In this document: piece after piece, positions 1 through 10,659 of the stretch
How the letters are laid out: each line of letters opens with the position of its first letter
Position numbering within the stretch: the first letter of the stretch is position 1
Source: a candidate division FCPU426 bacterium
Lineage (GTDB): Bacteria; Oederibacteriota; Muellerivitia; Muellerivitales; Muellerivitaceae
Direction: 5' to 3'
Assembly (NCBI GenBank): GCA_963830915.1
Contig: CAWHOE010000038.1
Coordinates: 1 to 27,845 of the forward strand
Length of the DNA: 27,845 nt
Notes under the pieces: model-generated
Database searches by the model: none
What the model saw: the letters and a program-made list of their open reading frames with translations, nothing else
What the model was told of the DNA's origin: nothing
Made by a program: the position numbers and the translations under genes

Positions 1-978
1 GAGGATGAAGAATAGTCCGACGATCGAAAAGGCGACCTGCATCTCGATGAATTGATATTGCCACCAGTAATCATCGCCCATTCGGTCGAATTGGACCTTT
101 CCGAAGAACCAGGGAAAGATCAGGGTGATGACGTTCAAGGGCGTCCAGGAATGGTAATAACGGTCCAGATCGCTCCAGTGGAAATGGAAGCCATCCATGG
201 AAAGATTCTCACCCACGAACAGGATCAGGGGAGAGGCGACCAGGCCGGTCCCCAGACTCAATCCGGCGACAGATAGCAGTTTTCTTTTCTTGGAACCAGG
301 ATAGGGGGAAAAAAGCGCCCAAAACAAGAAGAAGAGGCCTTCCAAGAATACGATCTGCGGATGCCCCGATAAAAGTCCCAGGCCCCAGAGAAGGCAGGCC
401 AGGACCAGCCAAAGAAGACTTTCCCGTTCCACGTAAAGGCTCAGGCAAATAAAGGCCCAGGGGAAGAAAGCGCAGGCCCAGGCCACGTTCAGGTGATCCA
501 ATTGGGCCATTCTCTGGCCATTGAAGGTCCAGAGGAAGGCAAGCAACAGGCTGGCGCTGGGGGAAAGGTTCAGATGCCGTCCTAAACAATAACTTCCCAG
601 GAGGAACAGGAAAAGGGGCGCGAGGAATTGCATATTGAAACCTAAAGGGGAAGTGGAAAAGGCCTGGAACAGCCAAAGGGCCGGGGAAAGAACACCCGCC
701 ATGGAGATCGCGGCTACCGGCGCCCCGTGGTAGGCCAGGTCGGTGATGAGGGGGAGCCGACCCAGGGCAAGGTCCTGATGGACCCATTGGAAGAGCGGGT
801 AGTAGAGAACGGACATATCCAGGGAGAGGAAGATACGGGAAAGGGGGTGGGCCCAATCCTTGAAGAAAAGAACGAATGAGATGACCAGGACCAAAAGGGC
901 GGTCGAATCCCGTTCCAACCAGGAACGGGTCGCGGACCCGATGGCGGGGTCAGTCTTTTTTAGGGGAATTTTTTTCAA
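1..978 (-). CDS. YfhO-like GT-C membrane glycosyltransferase, 5' part only (runs off the window edge; absent from the ORF track because its stop lies outside)
   Basis: Manual translation of the frame ending at base 1 is open: ...IFLSLDMSVLYYPLFQWVHQDLALGRLPLITDLAYHGAP...AFFPWAF...LLSGHPQIVF. This parallels the N-termini of the three YfhO paralogs upstream. Probable TTG start at 978 with AGGAGA upstream, overlapping the dapF end; the start is uncertain. Confidence 0.75.
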   Translation of the reverse strand, partial: MKKIPLKKTDPAIGSATRSWLERDSTALLVLVISFVLFFKDWAHPLSRIFLSLDMSVLYYPLFQWVHQDLALGRLPLITDLAYHGAPVAAISMAGVLSPALWLFQAFSTSPLGFNMQFLAPLFLFLLGSYCLGRHLNLSPSASLLLAFLWTFNGQRMAQLDHLNVAWACAFFPWAFICLSLYVERESLLWLVLACLLWGLGLLSGHPQIVFLEGLFFLFWALFSPYPGSKKRKLLSVAGLSLGTGLVASPLILFVGENLSMDGFHFHWSDLDRYYHSWTPLNVITLIFPWFFGKVQFDRMGDDYWWQYQFIEMQVAFSIVGLFFIL

Positions 979-1855
979 GGAATTGGAGCAATTCTCCTGA
1001 AAGGGTCCCGACACAGACTTCCTCCACCGGGCCCCGCATGGTCAGGTCGAACTGGTCGCTTACCTTCAAGGATAGGTCCCCGCCCGGCATGTGGACCGTG
1101 AGCGTGCCGGAAGTACGGCCGGTCTTGACGCAGGCGGCGGCAACGGCGCAGGAGGAGGAACCGGAAGCCATGGTGTAACCCGCACCCCTTTCCCAGATGC
1201 GGATGGTGACTTCACGCTCGTTGTCCACCCGGGCGAACTGGACATTGGTCCGGTTGGGGAATTGGGGGTGGCGCTCCAGCAGGGGACCGAGACGGCGGAT
1301 CTCCCGGTCGGCCAGGTCCAGGTCGTTGAAAAAGACCACGCAATGCGGGTTCCCGATGGAGACACAGGTGATGTTCAGTTTCTCGCCGATCCCCCGGAGG
1401 ACCAGCTCTTTCTCCACCACCTCGCCCTGGAACCCGGTGACGGGAATGGTTCGGGAATCGAAACTGGCTTTTCCCATTTCCACCGTCACGGCCACGGCTT
1501 TTCCCAGCACCATGTGCAGTTGACCCCGGACATTACCGCCAGCGGTCTGGATGTCGAAAAGGGTCTTGTCCGTATAGCCGTGCTCGAAAAGGAACTTGCA
1601 GAAGATCCGGAGCCCATTGCCGCTTTTCTCCGCCTCGCTGCCGTCGGGATTGAAGATGCGGAGTTTCACCAGGGCGCTGTCGGAAGGCTCCAGGACCAGG
1701 ATGCCGTCGGACCCCACCCCTTTGTTGCGGTTGCAGATGCTCTGGATGTTCACGGGGGAAAGCTGGAAGGTCAACTGGGCAGGGTCCATGACGAGATAAT
1801 CGTTGCCCAGGCCGTGGGAGCGCACGAATTGGTTTTGGGTCAGCATTGGGTTCAA
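950..1855 (-). CDS. dapF: Diaminopimelate epimerase family protein, Ser/Ser active-site variant
   Basis: Motifs HGLGNDY, GVGSDG, NPDGSEAEKSGNG, GNPHCV, FPNRTNVQF, WERGAGYTMASGSSSCA and MPGG. The canonical C-G-N-G and A-C-G-T-G cysteines are both Ser. Confidence 0.9.
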   Translation of the reverse strand: MNPMLTQNQFVRSHGLGNDYLVMDPAQLTFQLSPVNIQSICNRNKGVGSDGILVLEPSDSALVKLRIFNPDGSEAEKSGNGLRIFCKFLFEHGYTDKTLFDIQTAGGNVRGQLHMVLGKAVAVTVEMGKASFDSRTIPVTGFQGEVVEKELVLRGIGEKLNITCVSIGNPHCVVFFNDLDLADREIRRLGPLLERHPQFPNRTNVQFARVDNEREVTIRIWERGAGYTMASGSSSCAVAAACVKTGRTSGTLTVHMPGGDLSLKVSDQFDLTMRGPVEEVCVGTLSGELLQFLEKNSPKKD

Positions 1856-2727
1856 ACCTTGGGAGAAATTTTCTTCAAGCAGGCCAGATTGGTGTAACCA
1901 TCGTTATCCAGCGTGCAGCGTCTTAAAATATCACTTAAATCGGCCGGGAATACCTTTTTTTGCGCCTCGGACACCTCAAAAACCCTGAAACCAAGCCTTT
2001 TCAAGGCCAGGAAATACTTTTGAGCGCTGGCCCCCGCCCTTTTCAACCCAGCCGGACAGAACTCGGTCACCAGGATGAGGCGTTCGTTCTTTCGGATCAA
2101 CGAGGTCATGCCAGCCAGGGCCTTGGATTCCGCGCCCTGGATGTCCATTTTAATGAAATGGACTTTCCTGTCCATCCGTTTGAGGAAAGCGTCCAATCGA
2201 ATGGAGGAGATGGGGATGGATGGTCTTCCGTCCTTGGAATCGAAGATCCGGTGGTCGCCCTTGTTGGATTCGCTCAGGAAAAGACGGGACCTGATAGCCC
2301 TATCCGAGACGGCTTTCTGCACGAGACGGACATAGGTGTAGCCGTTCTCCTGTACGTTCTTTTTCAACAGGCCGAAATTATCCGGGTCAGGTTCGAAGGC
2401 GATGACCTTTCCCTTGGGGCCGACCTGCCGGGCGGCCAGCAGGGTGTAATAGCCGATGTTGGCCCCGATATCCAGGAAGGTTTGTCCGGCGGCCAGGTTC
2501 TTTTTCAGGAAAGCCGTTTCCATGGGCTCATAGATCTCCCGGGTGGCGAGCTCCAGGGTGTCTTTCTCATCCAACCACATCCAGTGGCCCTGGACCCTTG
2601 TCCGGTTGGGTTTAAAGGCTTTAAAGAAGAACTCATAGGTGGCACGGATGAATTTGACCCGCCCCAATCCATGGCCGCTGACGGCCAGGGCGGCGTTCTT
2701 CAGGCTGGCCAGCAGGAATGATCTCAC
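1852..2727 (-). CDS. FkbM-family SAM-dependent methyltransferase
   Basis: Motifs FLDIGANIGYY, AFEPDP and KMDIQGAE. Start reassigned to GTG 2727 (GGAGG upstream; GTGA overlap with the upstream stop). Confidence 0.88.
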   Translation of the reverse strand: MRSFLLASLKNAALAVSGHGLGRVKFIRATYEFFFKAFKPNRTRVQGHWMWLDEKDTLELATREIYEPMETAFLKKNLAAGQTFLDIGANIGYYTLLAARQVGPKGKVIAFEPDPDNFGLLKKNVQENGYTYVRLVQKAVSDRAIRSRLFLSESNKGDHRIFDSKDGRPSIPISSIRLDAFLKRMDRKVHFIKMDIQGAESKALAGMTSLIRKNERLILVTEFCPAGLKRAGASAQKYFLALKRLGFRVFEVSEAQKKVFPADLSDILRRCTLDNDGYTNLACLKKISPKV

Positions 2728-5030
2728 GATGACCTCCGATAGGATCGGAATAACCATCCCAACGTCATCACTAACCATAGGGCCAATCCCAGGAAGAGGG
2801 GAGAGAACCAGGAAGGTCGGAACTGGAATACCACCTGATGGGCCCCCGAGGGCAGGATCATAGAACGAAGCAAATGATCGGCAGTGATCAGGTCGGCGGA
2901 TTTTCCATCCACCTGGGCTTTCCAGCCTGGGAAAAGCGCCTCGGCAAAGACCACCAGGCTGGTTCGATCCACTTGGAGGGTGAATTTTTGAAGTTCCGGA
3001 TCATCCTGGTCGATCCGATATTGAAGATGGGAGGGCCCTCCGGGAAGCGTTTTCATCACGGTTTCGGGCAGGGGATCGGAAAGTACGGCCAGGTGATAAG
3101 GGTCAAAATCCGAGCTGGCCAATTTATTTAACCTTTCGTTCTTATCCTGGATGACCTCGATGTTTTCCGGCGCGAAAGCGTAGAGGAGAGGTTTTTGATA
3201 TTCGTAGAGGAAATAAGGCGGATAGGGCGTGAGTTTAAAATCGGGAATGGGTCCGTGATCCTCGCCCGAGATGATCCCGCGGACGGCCCCCAGCCGGACG
3301 ATGGAAGGGATGGAAAAGGTCTTGAGATCGTTCTTGGCGTTCAAAATAAGGGGATTGTAGCCGCCGAAATTCTTGATACCCAGGACGCAGGAGGCGTTTT
3401 GGGGGTAGTTCAGGATGTATTCCTTTCCCCCGACCCGTAGGGGATAGCCCATATGGGAATTGTCGAAGATGACCCGGTAGGGTCGAACCTGTTTTTCTAT
3501 CTCTCCCAATGCCTTTGAGTTCTTGGCGAACTCAAAATTAACGGCCGGTCCGGGAACGAAATCGGCCAGGCCGTTCAAAAACAAGGGGAGTATCAGGGCC
3601 AGCTGGAACAAGGGGATGCCCCATTTCCTTTCCGGAATGTCCGACGAGAAAAGGAATAAAGCGAGGAGACCAAGTCCTAAAGCGACTAATTCACGCCAAT
3701 TTTGGGACGGATGGACCAGCGCGGCCATATAAAGAACCAAAGCATAGACCAAGGGCGGAATGAGACGGCGCGTAAACGTTCCGCTGGGATCGTTGAACGA
3801 AATCCACTTATCGAAACCAAAGGCGGCGAGGGTGGATATCCCAAGCGCATATAGAAAGAGAAAACGATAAGGGACACGAATGAGGGAGAAACCTGGGAGA
3901 AACTCATAACACCAGCGGTGTAGGGGCAGGGACTTGCCCATGCAAAGGCACAGGGTTCCCAGGGAGAGGACCAACAGGAAGATGAGAGTCCCATTCTTTT
4001 TTCCCCGGAAAGCCCAATAAAGCAGGAAGGGGATCCAGATACCCAGGTAGCCGTAATTAGAGAGGAAATTAGTGGTGAGGTTCTCCGGGCCGTTACGGTA
4101 TTGGATGGCCTCGGCCATGGATTGGCCTATCGGAAGGGTGAACCGGGGAAAAAGGAACTGATAAAGCGTCAGCGGATGGAGGCCCCAGCTGGCGTTGAGC
4201 TGTTCGTAGGTTTGACCGGGCGCCCGCCGGTCGCAGAGGGCGGAGAATTCCAGCGTGGGGATCAGCTGTACCAGGATGGGGAGCAGGCCCCATACGAATG
4301 CGAAGATCAATAAGAGGCAGGAGCCGATCTTTTCCGGGTCGATCCGAAGCCGGGAGGAAAGGGCTAATTTGTTCCGGTTCCTGAACAGGAAATAGGCCAA
4401 GCCCCCGTAGAAGGCGCCCACCGTGACCTGGAAACTACCGCACAAAAAGAGCATGGTGAAAATCAAGCCTGCCAGGAAGGCCTGGCGGGGCCGGAGACTT
4501 TGAGCCAGTTTTTCCAAGGACCAAAATAACCAGGGAAGCCACGCGTAAGCCGCGATGACCGGAGGGTGGATGATCTCCAGCCAGAAAAAATTGGAGAAAG
4601 CGAATAGGAGCGCGCCCACGCAGGAAGCCGGCCTGGAAAGACCGAGGGACCCCATCCAAAGATGCATGCCGATAGCGGACAGGAAGGCGTGAAGAAAGAA
4701 GAATAGGCTCAGGCCGAAAGGTACGGAGAAAGGAAGGGTGAGCCAATTCAACGGGTAGACCATCATGTTCTGAAGGTCGGCGAAGAAAGGTTGGCCGCCC
4801 AATCCGTAGGGGTTCCAGAGGGGAAGATGGCCCGAGGCCAACCGGTCCTTGAGAAAGGCTCTCCAGGGCCCGAATTGGGCCAGCAGGTCATTGTCGAAAT
4901 AAGCCTGGCCCATCAATAAACAGGGAGAAAAGGCCAGGAAAGCCAGGATGAGGTAGAGTCCGAGAAAGGGAAGGTCATTTCCCAAGAAGGGGTTAGGAAG
5001 AGGTTTCTTAGGAGCGCTTGTTCGTCTCAA
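2724..5030 (-). CDS. YfhO-family GT-C membrane glycosyltransferase
   Basis: 768 aa with many TM segments; YFDNDLL, GHLPLWNPYGLGGQPFFAD, GGYNP and C-terminal FPGWKAQVDG...GAHQVVFQFRP. TTG start with GGAGG. Confidence 0.85.
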   Translation of the reverse strand: MRRTSAPKKPLPNPFLGNDLPFLGLYLILAFLAFSPCLLMGQAYFDNDLLAQFGPWRAFLKDRLASGHLPLWNPYGLGGQPFFADLQNMMVYPLNWLTLPFSVPFGLSLFFFLHAFLSAIGMHLWMGSLGLSRPASCVGALLFAFSNFFWLEIIHPPVIAAYAWLPWLFWSLEKLAQSLRPRQAFLAGLIFTMLFLCGSFQVTVGAFYGGLAYFLFRNRNKLALSSRLRIDPEKIGSCLLLIFAFVWGLLPILVQLIPTLEFSALCDRRAPGQTYEQLNASWGLHPLTLYQFLFPRFTLPIGQSMAEAIQYRNGPENLTTNFLSNYGYLGIWIPFLLYWAFRGKKNGTLIFLLVLSLGTLCLCMGKSLPLHRWCYEFLPGFSLIRVPYRFLFLYALGISTLAAFGFDKWISFNDPSGTFTRRLIPPLVYALVLYMAALVHPSQNWRELVALGLGLLALFLFSSDIPERKWGIPLFQLALILPLFLNGLADFVPGPAVNFEFAKNSKALGEIEKQVRPYRVIFDNSHMGYPLRVGGKEYILNYPQNASCVLGIKNFGGYNPLILNAKNDLKTFSIPSIVRLGAVRGIISGEDHGPIPDFKLTPYPPYFLYEYQKPLLYAFAPENIEVIQDKNERLNKLASSDFDPYHLAVLSDPLPETVMKTLPGGPSHLQYRIDQDDPELQKFTLQVDRTSLVVFAEALFPGWKAQVDGKSADLITADHLLRSMILPSGAHQVVFQFRPSWFSPLFLGLALWLVMTLGWLFRSYRRSS

Positions 5031-7331
5031 TGGTAAATCTCCTCCGTTGGATCACAAGGACCGTCCCATAGAGGATAACTGAAAGAATCCAAGCCGCCAT
5101 TAAGAAAAGAAGCGGGGAAACCCACCAGGGGGAAAAACGGAATTCCACCTGATGTTCCCCGGCGGGAACGAAAAGCGCCCGAAAGGCATGGTCCGCCGTC
5201 AGGAGGTCGACGGGCCTTCCGTCCAGAAAGGCTTTCCAACCGGGATAGGTGATCTCGGAAAAGACCAACAGGTTATCCTTGTCCAGGCCGATCTTGAAAC
5301 GCTGTTCATCCGTCCCTTTCTCCAGGAACTGGTAGCTTAAATGGGCCCGTTGTCCGGTAAGCCGGGAGAGAAGGTCCCCGGGGAGATGGTCTTTGGATAT
5401 GGCCTGGACCTCCGGATCGAAATCGGGACGGGCCATCGCCTGTAGGTCCTCGACCCCATCCAGACCCATACGGACCTGATAGGGAGCCTTGACGTAAGAG
5501 GGGGCCTGGATGAATTCATATAAACAATCCGTCCCGAAGGTCCGGTGAGTGAACTCCGACGCTACGCCCAGGTCCTTGGCGAATATGAGACCGTGAACAG
5601 CCATGGTTTTTAGATAGGTGGCCTTGGGGAGCAGGGTCAGGTCCGAGTAATTCGAGAGGAGCAGGGGTTGGTACCCGCCGCAATTCCGGATGCCCAGCGC
5701 CATGGCCGAGTCCTGCGGAAAGGGCCGGGCCTCTCCCGCGGGCTGGAGGGGATAGGTCAGCCCCGTGTCGAAATAGTAACGACGGTCCTTGGCCTGTTGA
5801 CCCGCGTAAGTGAGGGCTGGAAAACGGGCGCTAAAATCAAGGTTGGAAGCTGGTACGGGGGTGTAGTTCCACCAGAGGCCCAGAAGCAATGGCAGGATGA
5901 GAGCGCCTTGGATGAGGGTCAACCCGTGTTTTTCCCATTTGGACCCGCCCCAGCGGAGGAGGGAAAGGCCGATCAGGCCAAACGAGAGGCCTAGAATTTC
6001 ACGCCAGTTGTTTTCCGGACGAAGGAACGCTGGGATCGAAAGACCGACCGCGTAAAGGGTCCCGACGACGGCCCACGGACCAGGACGACGGCGGAGGATA
6101 CCCTCGAGGGATTGATAGCCATAGGCCGCCAGGACGCAGGCCGCCAGGACGTAAAGCTCCAGGAACCGATAAGGGCCCCGGCTGAGGGAAAATCCCGGAA
6201 GCAAAGCGCAAAGCGCCCGATGAAGGGGGAAGTTCCTGCCCCAGGAGGCCAGGATGGCCAGAAGAGCGGCACCCAGGAAGAAACCAGGGATCTTTTTTTC
6301 CTTTCCCTGGAAGGCCGCCCAAATGAGGAAAGGCAGCCAGACACCGGCGTAACCGGCAGCGGCCAGGAAATCGTTTCCGAGGTGGACTTGGTCGGTGATG
6401 GCCAGAAAGGCGGACTCCAGGCTTTGCCCTTGGGACAAACCCCAAGAGGGGAACAGGAGCTGATAGAGGGTCCCCGGGTTGACGGAAAAGATCCCGTTGA
6501 AGTTGTCATAGGTCAGCCCGGCGCCAGAACGGTTGGAACGCTTGAGGAACTCCAGGGCCGGGATAAGATGGGAAAGCAGGGGCAGGGCTCCCCAGACCAT
6601 GAAGAGAAGGAGGAGCGGTAATTTTTCCCACGGGAAAACAGATTGGGATCTTGCGATCCGCTCCCGCCGGTCAAAGACCGTCCGGAGGATCCCATAGGCC
6701 AGGGAGGTATAGAGGATGATCGTGACCGACTGGAAATGCCCACAGCAGAAGATCATGGCGAAACAAAGACCCGACAGAAAAGCCCAGTGGGGGACCATCG
6801 TCGGGAAAGGCGATCCAGGCAGAACATGAGCCAGGGCCACCAGGCGTAAGCGGCCAGGACGGTGAGATGGATCGATTCCCACCCCCAAAAACCGGAAAGG
6901 GAAAAGGTCAGCGCCCCGATCCGGCTGGCGTTCGGGGAAAGACCCAGGGACTTGAGCCAAAGGTTCATCCCGGCCGCGGCCAGGACCATGTGCAGGAAAT
7001 AGAAAACGCCCAGACCGTAACCGACCGGGAAAAGGAGGGTCAGGTAATTGAGGGGATAGACCATCATCGCGTTGGGATCGGAAAAAAATGGCTGGCCCCC
7101 GAAAAGATAGGGGTTCCAGAGGGGGAAATGACCCTGGAGGAGCTGTTCCCTCAGGAAAAGACGGGTGGGGATGTAGAAATTCAAAAGGTCATCGGAAATA
7201 TAAACCAGGCCGAAGAACAGGCAGGGGGAAAGGGCCAGGAGGGTGACGAATCCGAAAAGCAGAAGGTCGCGGGTGACCATCCCCGGAAGGCTCAGGGGCG
7301 CCTTTGTATTAATGGGCAGGGAGCGGGTCAA
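5008..7331 (-). CDS. YfhO-family GT-C membrane glycosyltransferase, split by a 1-base deletion (probable sequence error)
   Basis: ORF 6753..7331 gives the N-terminus (DDLLNFY, GHFPLWNPY, GGQPFFSD) and ORF 5008..6960 gives the rest. One extra G in the G5 run at 6789-6793 joins them as LDRLSRRWSPHWAFLSGLCF, matching LERLSQRLSLGWAFLSGLCF in the neighbouring paralog. Confidence 0.82.
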
Positions 7332-9612
7332 GGGTTTTTGTTTCCCGGCGGGTCCAAAGGAAAATCCCTAAAAGAACGGCGGAAAAGCACCAGACCGCCA
7401 GGAGGATCAAAAGGGGTTTGAACCACCAGGGGATAAAACGGAATTCCACCTGGTGCTCCCCCGCCGGGATGAAAAGGGTTCGGAAGACGTGGTTGGACGT
7501 CATCAGGTCGGCGGGCTTCCCATCCAAAAAGGCTTGCCATCCCGGGAAAGCGATCTCGGAAAAGGTCACCAAACTGTTCAGGTCCAATCGCACTTTGAAC
7601 AATTGATCATCCATCTCATCCCTAAGGACATCGTACTGTAGGTCGGCTTTTTTGCCTGGGAGATGGGAAAGGACATGAGGCGAGGGAGGGGCGGTCAGGA
7701 TGGCTTGGGCGGAAGGATCAAAATCGGGATTGGACATGATCTGAAGGTCCTGCTGGGGATCGGTCACGACCTGAAATAGATAGGGAGCGTTGATGTAATT
7801 TCCCGGATGGACCGGTTCGTAATCATAATAGGCCCCGGACATCTTCTTGTTGAAGACCGGGGAGTTGCCCACGTCTTTCCCGAATATCAATCCCTTGACC
7901 GCCATCAGGTTCAGGTAGGTCTTTTCCGGCAGTTTTTTCAGTTCGGAGGGTCTCTTGAGGAAGATGGGATTGTAACCGGCGCAGTCCCTCACGCCGAAAT
8001 CCATCGGCATATCCTGTGGAAAGAGCCATTGATAGTCCCGGCCGTTCATCCTCACCGGATAGGTGACACTGTTATCGAAATAGTAACGGCAGCCTTGGGC
8101 GTTCGCTTTCAGTTCGGTGATCAACGGGAAATTATTGCCATAGTCGAAATTAGAAACCGGGCCCGTACTGAAATCCCCCCAGCCGCATAGAAGCAAGGGG
8201 AGGATCAGGGCCGCTTGAAAGAACCAGGCACCCATTTTTTTCCAGGAATCGGTGAAACCCCAGAGCGCCAAGCCGGCCGCGCCCAATAAAAGGCCCAGCA
8301 TTTCATGCCAGGTCTGCGCGGGCTTGAGAGCGCATAGGATGAACAAGACCAAGGCGTAGACCCCGGCGACCAAAACCCAGGTGTTTCGCCCGGTCTTTTC
8401 CTGGAACAGTCTTTCCAACATCTGATAACCGTAAGCCGCCAACACTGTTCCGAAAAGGATATAGGCCTGCATGAAGCGGAAAGGCGCCCGGCTCAGGTTC
8501 ACACCCGGAAGGATAACGCAGAGCATCTGGTGGAGGGGAACCCATCTCCCCCAGGCGGTCATGATCGAAAGGGCGCCGACCCCGCACAGGAACCACAGGA
8601 ACTTCCTTTCTTTCCGTCGAAAGGCCAGGAAAAACAATACGGGTATCCAGACGCCCATGTACCCGAAAGCTCCCTCGAAGTCATTGCTGATATTGACGTT
8701 GTCGGTGATCTGCTGGATGGCGTACTCGATGGTTTGACCATCCGGGACCCCAAGGTTTGGAAGGATGAATTCATAGGTCGAGGCGGGGGTCAAGGAGAAC
8801 TGGGCGTTGAATTTCTCATACGTCTGGGCCGGGTCGCGGCGATTGGTGTATTCGGAAAATTCGTTGGCCGGGATAAGATGCGTGAAAAGAGGAAGGCTTC
8901 CCCAGATCACGAAAAAGAGGACGGCTAAAAGTCTTTTCCAGGGGAAGGGGGTTGGGGCGCCTGGCGCGCGCGTTTCTTCCTTGAAGAGGATACGGAAGAA
9001 GAAGTAGGCCAAAGCCGAGTAAAGGGCGATGGTGGTGGACTGGAAGTTCCCGCAACAGAAGATCACGGCGAAGCAGAGCCCCGACAGGAACGCCCAACCT
9101 AAGCTCAATCGCTGGGATAGACGCTCCAGACACAGCATCAGCCAGGGAAGCCAGGCGTAGACCGCCAGGATGGGGGGATGGATCATTTCCCACCAGAAAG
9201 TCCCGGAAAGGGCGAAAACCAGGGCGCCTATCCGGCAGGCGGTCTCATGGATCCGAAGGGATCGGAGCCACAAATGCATGCCGAAGGCGGCCAGGACCAT
9301 GTGAAGGAAGAAGAAGACTCCCAAACCATAGGGAATGGGGAAAAGGAGCGTGAGATAGTTCAGGGGATAGCAGGCCATGGTGTTGGGATCGGCGAAAAAG
9401 GGCTGACCGCCGAGGTAATAGGGGTTCCAGAGGGGAAAATGCCCATGGGCAAGCTGCTGCTGGAGGATGAATCGGGAATGGGCGTAATAATTCAAAAGGT
9501 CGTTGGCGAAATAGGCTTGGTTCATGACCAGACAAGGGAAAAAGGCCACCAGGGCCAGGCCTATATATAGAAGCAGGGAATACCGAACTTTATGACTGGA
9601 GGTCTCTTCCAT
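7309..9612 (-). CDS. YfhO-family GT-C membrane glycosyltransferase
   Basis: 767 aa; YFANDLL, GHFPLWNPYYLGGQPFFADP, AGYNP and FPGWQAFLDG...GEHQVEFRF; polytopic. Confidence 0.85.
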   Translation of the reverse strand: MEETSSHKVRYSLLLYIGLALVAFFPCLVMNQAYFANDLLNYYAHSRFILQQQLAHGHFPLWNPYYLGGQPFFADPNTMACYPLNYLTLLFPIPYGLGVFFFLHMVLAAFGMHLWLRSLRIHETACRIGALVFALSGTFWWEMIHPPILAVYAWLPWLMLCLERLSQRLSLGWAFLSGLCFAVIFCCGNFQSTTIALYSALAYFFFRILFKEETRAPGAPTPFPWKRLLAVLFFVIWGSLPLFTHLIPANEFSEYTNRRDPAQTYEKFNAQFSLTPASTYEFILPNLGVPDGQTIEYAIQQITDNVNISNDFEGAFGYMGVWIPVLFFLAFRRKERKFLWFLCGVGALSIMTAWGRWVPLHQMLCVILPGVNLSRAPFRFMQAYILFGTVLAAYGYQMLERLFQEKTGRNTWVLVAGVYALVLFILCALKPAQTWHEMLGLLLGAAGLALWGFTDSWKKMGAWFFQAALILPLLLCGWGDFSTGPVSNFDYGNNFPLITELKANAQGCRYYFDNSVTYPVRMNGRDYQWLFPQDMPMDFGVRDCAGYNPIFLKRPSELKKLPEKTYLNLMAVKGLIFGKDVGNSPVFNKKMSGAYYDYEPVHPGNYINAPYLFQVVTDPQQDLQIMSNPDFDPSAQAILTAPPSPHVLSHLPGKKADLQYDVLRDEMDDQLFKVRLDLNSLVTFSEIAFPGWQAFLDGKPADLMTSNHVFRTLFIPAGEHQVEFRFIPWWFKPLLILLAVWCFSAVLLGIFLWTRRETKTLDPLPAH

Positions 9613-10659
9613 TCAGTCCAACTTTCCGTTCCTTGAGTGTTTAAGTTTCATGGGTACCAAACGATGGGAGTCTTTGCTTAAAAGGACCTTGAAGACCCTG
9701 ACTTCCTTGGGTGGTACGGGAATGGGCATGACGAAACCGGCGATGAGACCAAGGCCATAAAAGAAATGCCTTAAGAAGATAAGGATAGGCACCTTGATCG
9801 AATCCATAGCCCTTCTGTGCCAGGACGCGGAGGAAATGCCGGTGCCCAGGGACAAGGCCGCGAACATCATGAAAGGGCACCACCACCAGATGGTCTTCAT
9901 TATGGACAACAAAGGAAAGCGGGATAGGTCCACGATCCAGGGCAGCCCTAAGGAAAGCAAATAGAGCAGGAAGAAAAGAGGGATCAGGTGGACCAAGTCG
10001 GACAGGCAGGGATACACCTTGATCTGCCTGGCCCTGCCCCGGCCGTACCGGAAGCCCTGGTAACAAAAGGCCTGCAGGCTCTTGCGTCGGGAACGATAAA
10101 TGGCGCCTCTGGGATCATAGACCAAGCGGTAGCCCATGTGCAGGAGCCGGTTCAAGAACTCGTTCTCCTCATTGGGGAAAAGATCGATGCGGAATCCGCC
10201 CTCTTTTAGGAAGGCTTTCCGGCGCACCATCATGTTGCAAAGGATGAGGTCTTTCTCGGTGGCTTCCTTGACGGACCCAATGGCCGCGTAGCGGTTGCGG
10301 ACCTTGAAACTTCCCAACCAGGAGGCCAACACCGAGCTGACGGATTTTTCGAAGGAAGTGGCGTTGGGCGGCACCAGGTTGGGCCCACCGGAGACGACGG
10401 TCCGGGTGTCGTCGAAATGGGATAGCAATTCCCGGCTCGTGCCGGGAATGACATAACTGTCATCGTCGAGAAAATACACCACGTCCGAGGAGCATTGTCC
10501 CACTCCCAGGTTCCTTTGCAGGGAGGGATTGCGTCCCACGCAGGCGAAGATCTCCCTGGGTCTTTCCTCTTTGGGCAGATCGCAAAGACCTTTCAGGACC
10601 GTCAATTCCTTGTCCGTTCGATCCAGGGCGATGACGACGCTGTAGGTGAGTTTTTTCAT
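9613..10659 (-). CDS. Glycosyltransferase family 2 (GT-A) with C-terminal TM segments
   Basis: SVVI start, RNLG, YFLDDDS (DXD), CNM..R...F..GGF, EE.E and YGRGR motifs, followed by hydrophobic helices. Confidence 0.85.
   Translation of the reverse strand: MKKLTYSVVIALDRTDKELTVLKGLCDLPKEERPREIFACVGRNPSLQRNLGVGQCSSDVVYFLDDDSYVIPGTSRELLSHFDDTRTVVSGGPNLVPPNATSFEKSVSSVLASWLGSFKVRNRYAAIGSVKEATEKDLILCNMMVRRKAFLKEGGFRIDLFPNEENEFLNRLLHMGYRLVYDPRGAIYRSRRKSLQAFCYQGFRYGRGRARQIKVYPCLSDLVHLIPLFFLLYLLSLGLPWIVDLSRFPLLSIMKTIWWWCPFMMFAALSLGTGISSASWHRRAMDSIKVPILIFLRHFFYGLGLIAGFVMPIPVPPKEVRVFKVLLSKDSHRLVPMKLKHSRNGKLD

Noticed and set aside
209..856. 215-aa minus-strand ORF in the track
   Set aside because: Wrong frame; the overlapping frame encodes the YfhO-like protein.
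6789..6793. Phase variation or programmed frameshifting at the G5 run (and the G4 run at 15244-15247)
   Set aside because: The runs are too short for typical slipped-strand switches, and several similar indels across unrelated genes point to sequencing error.
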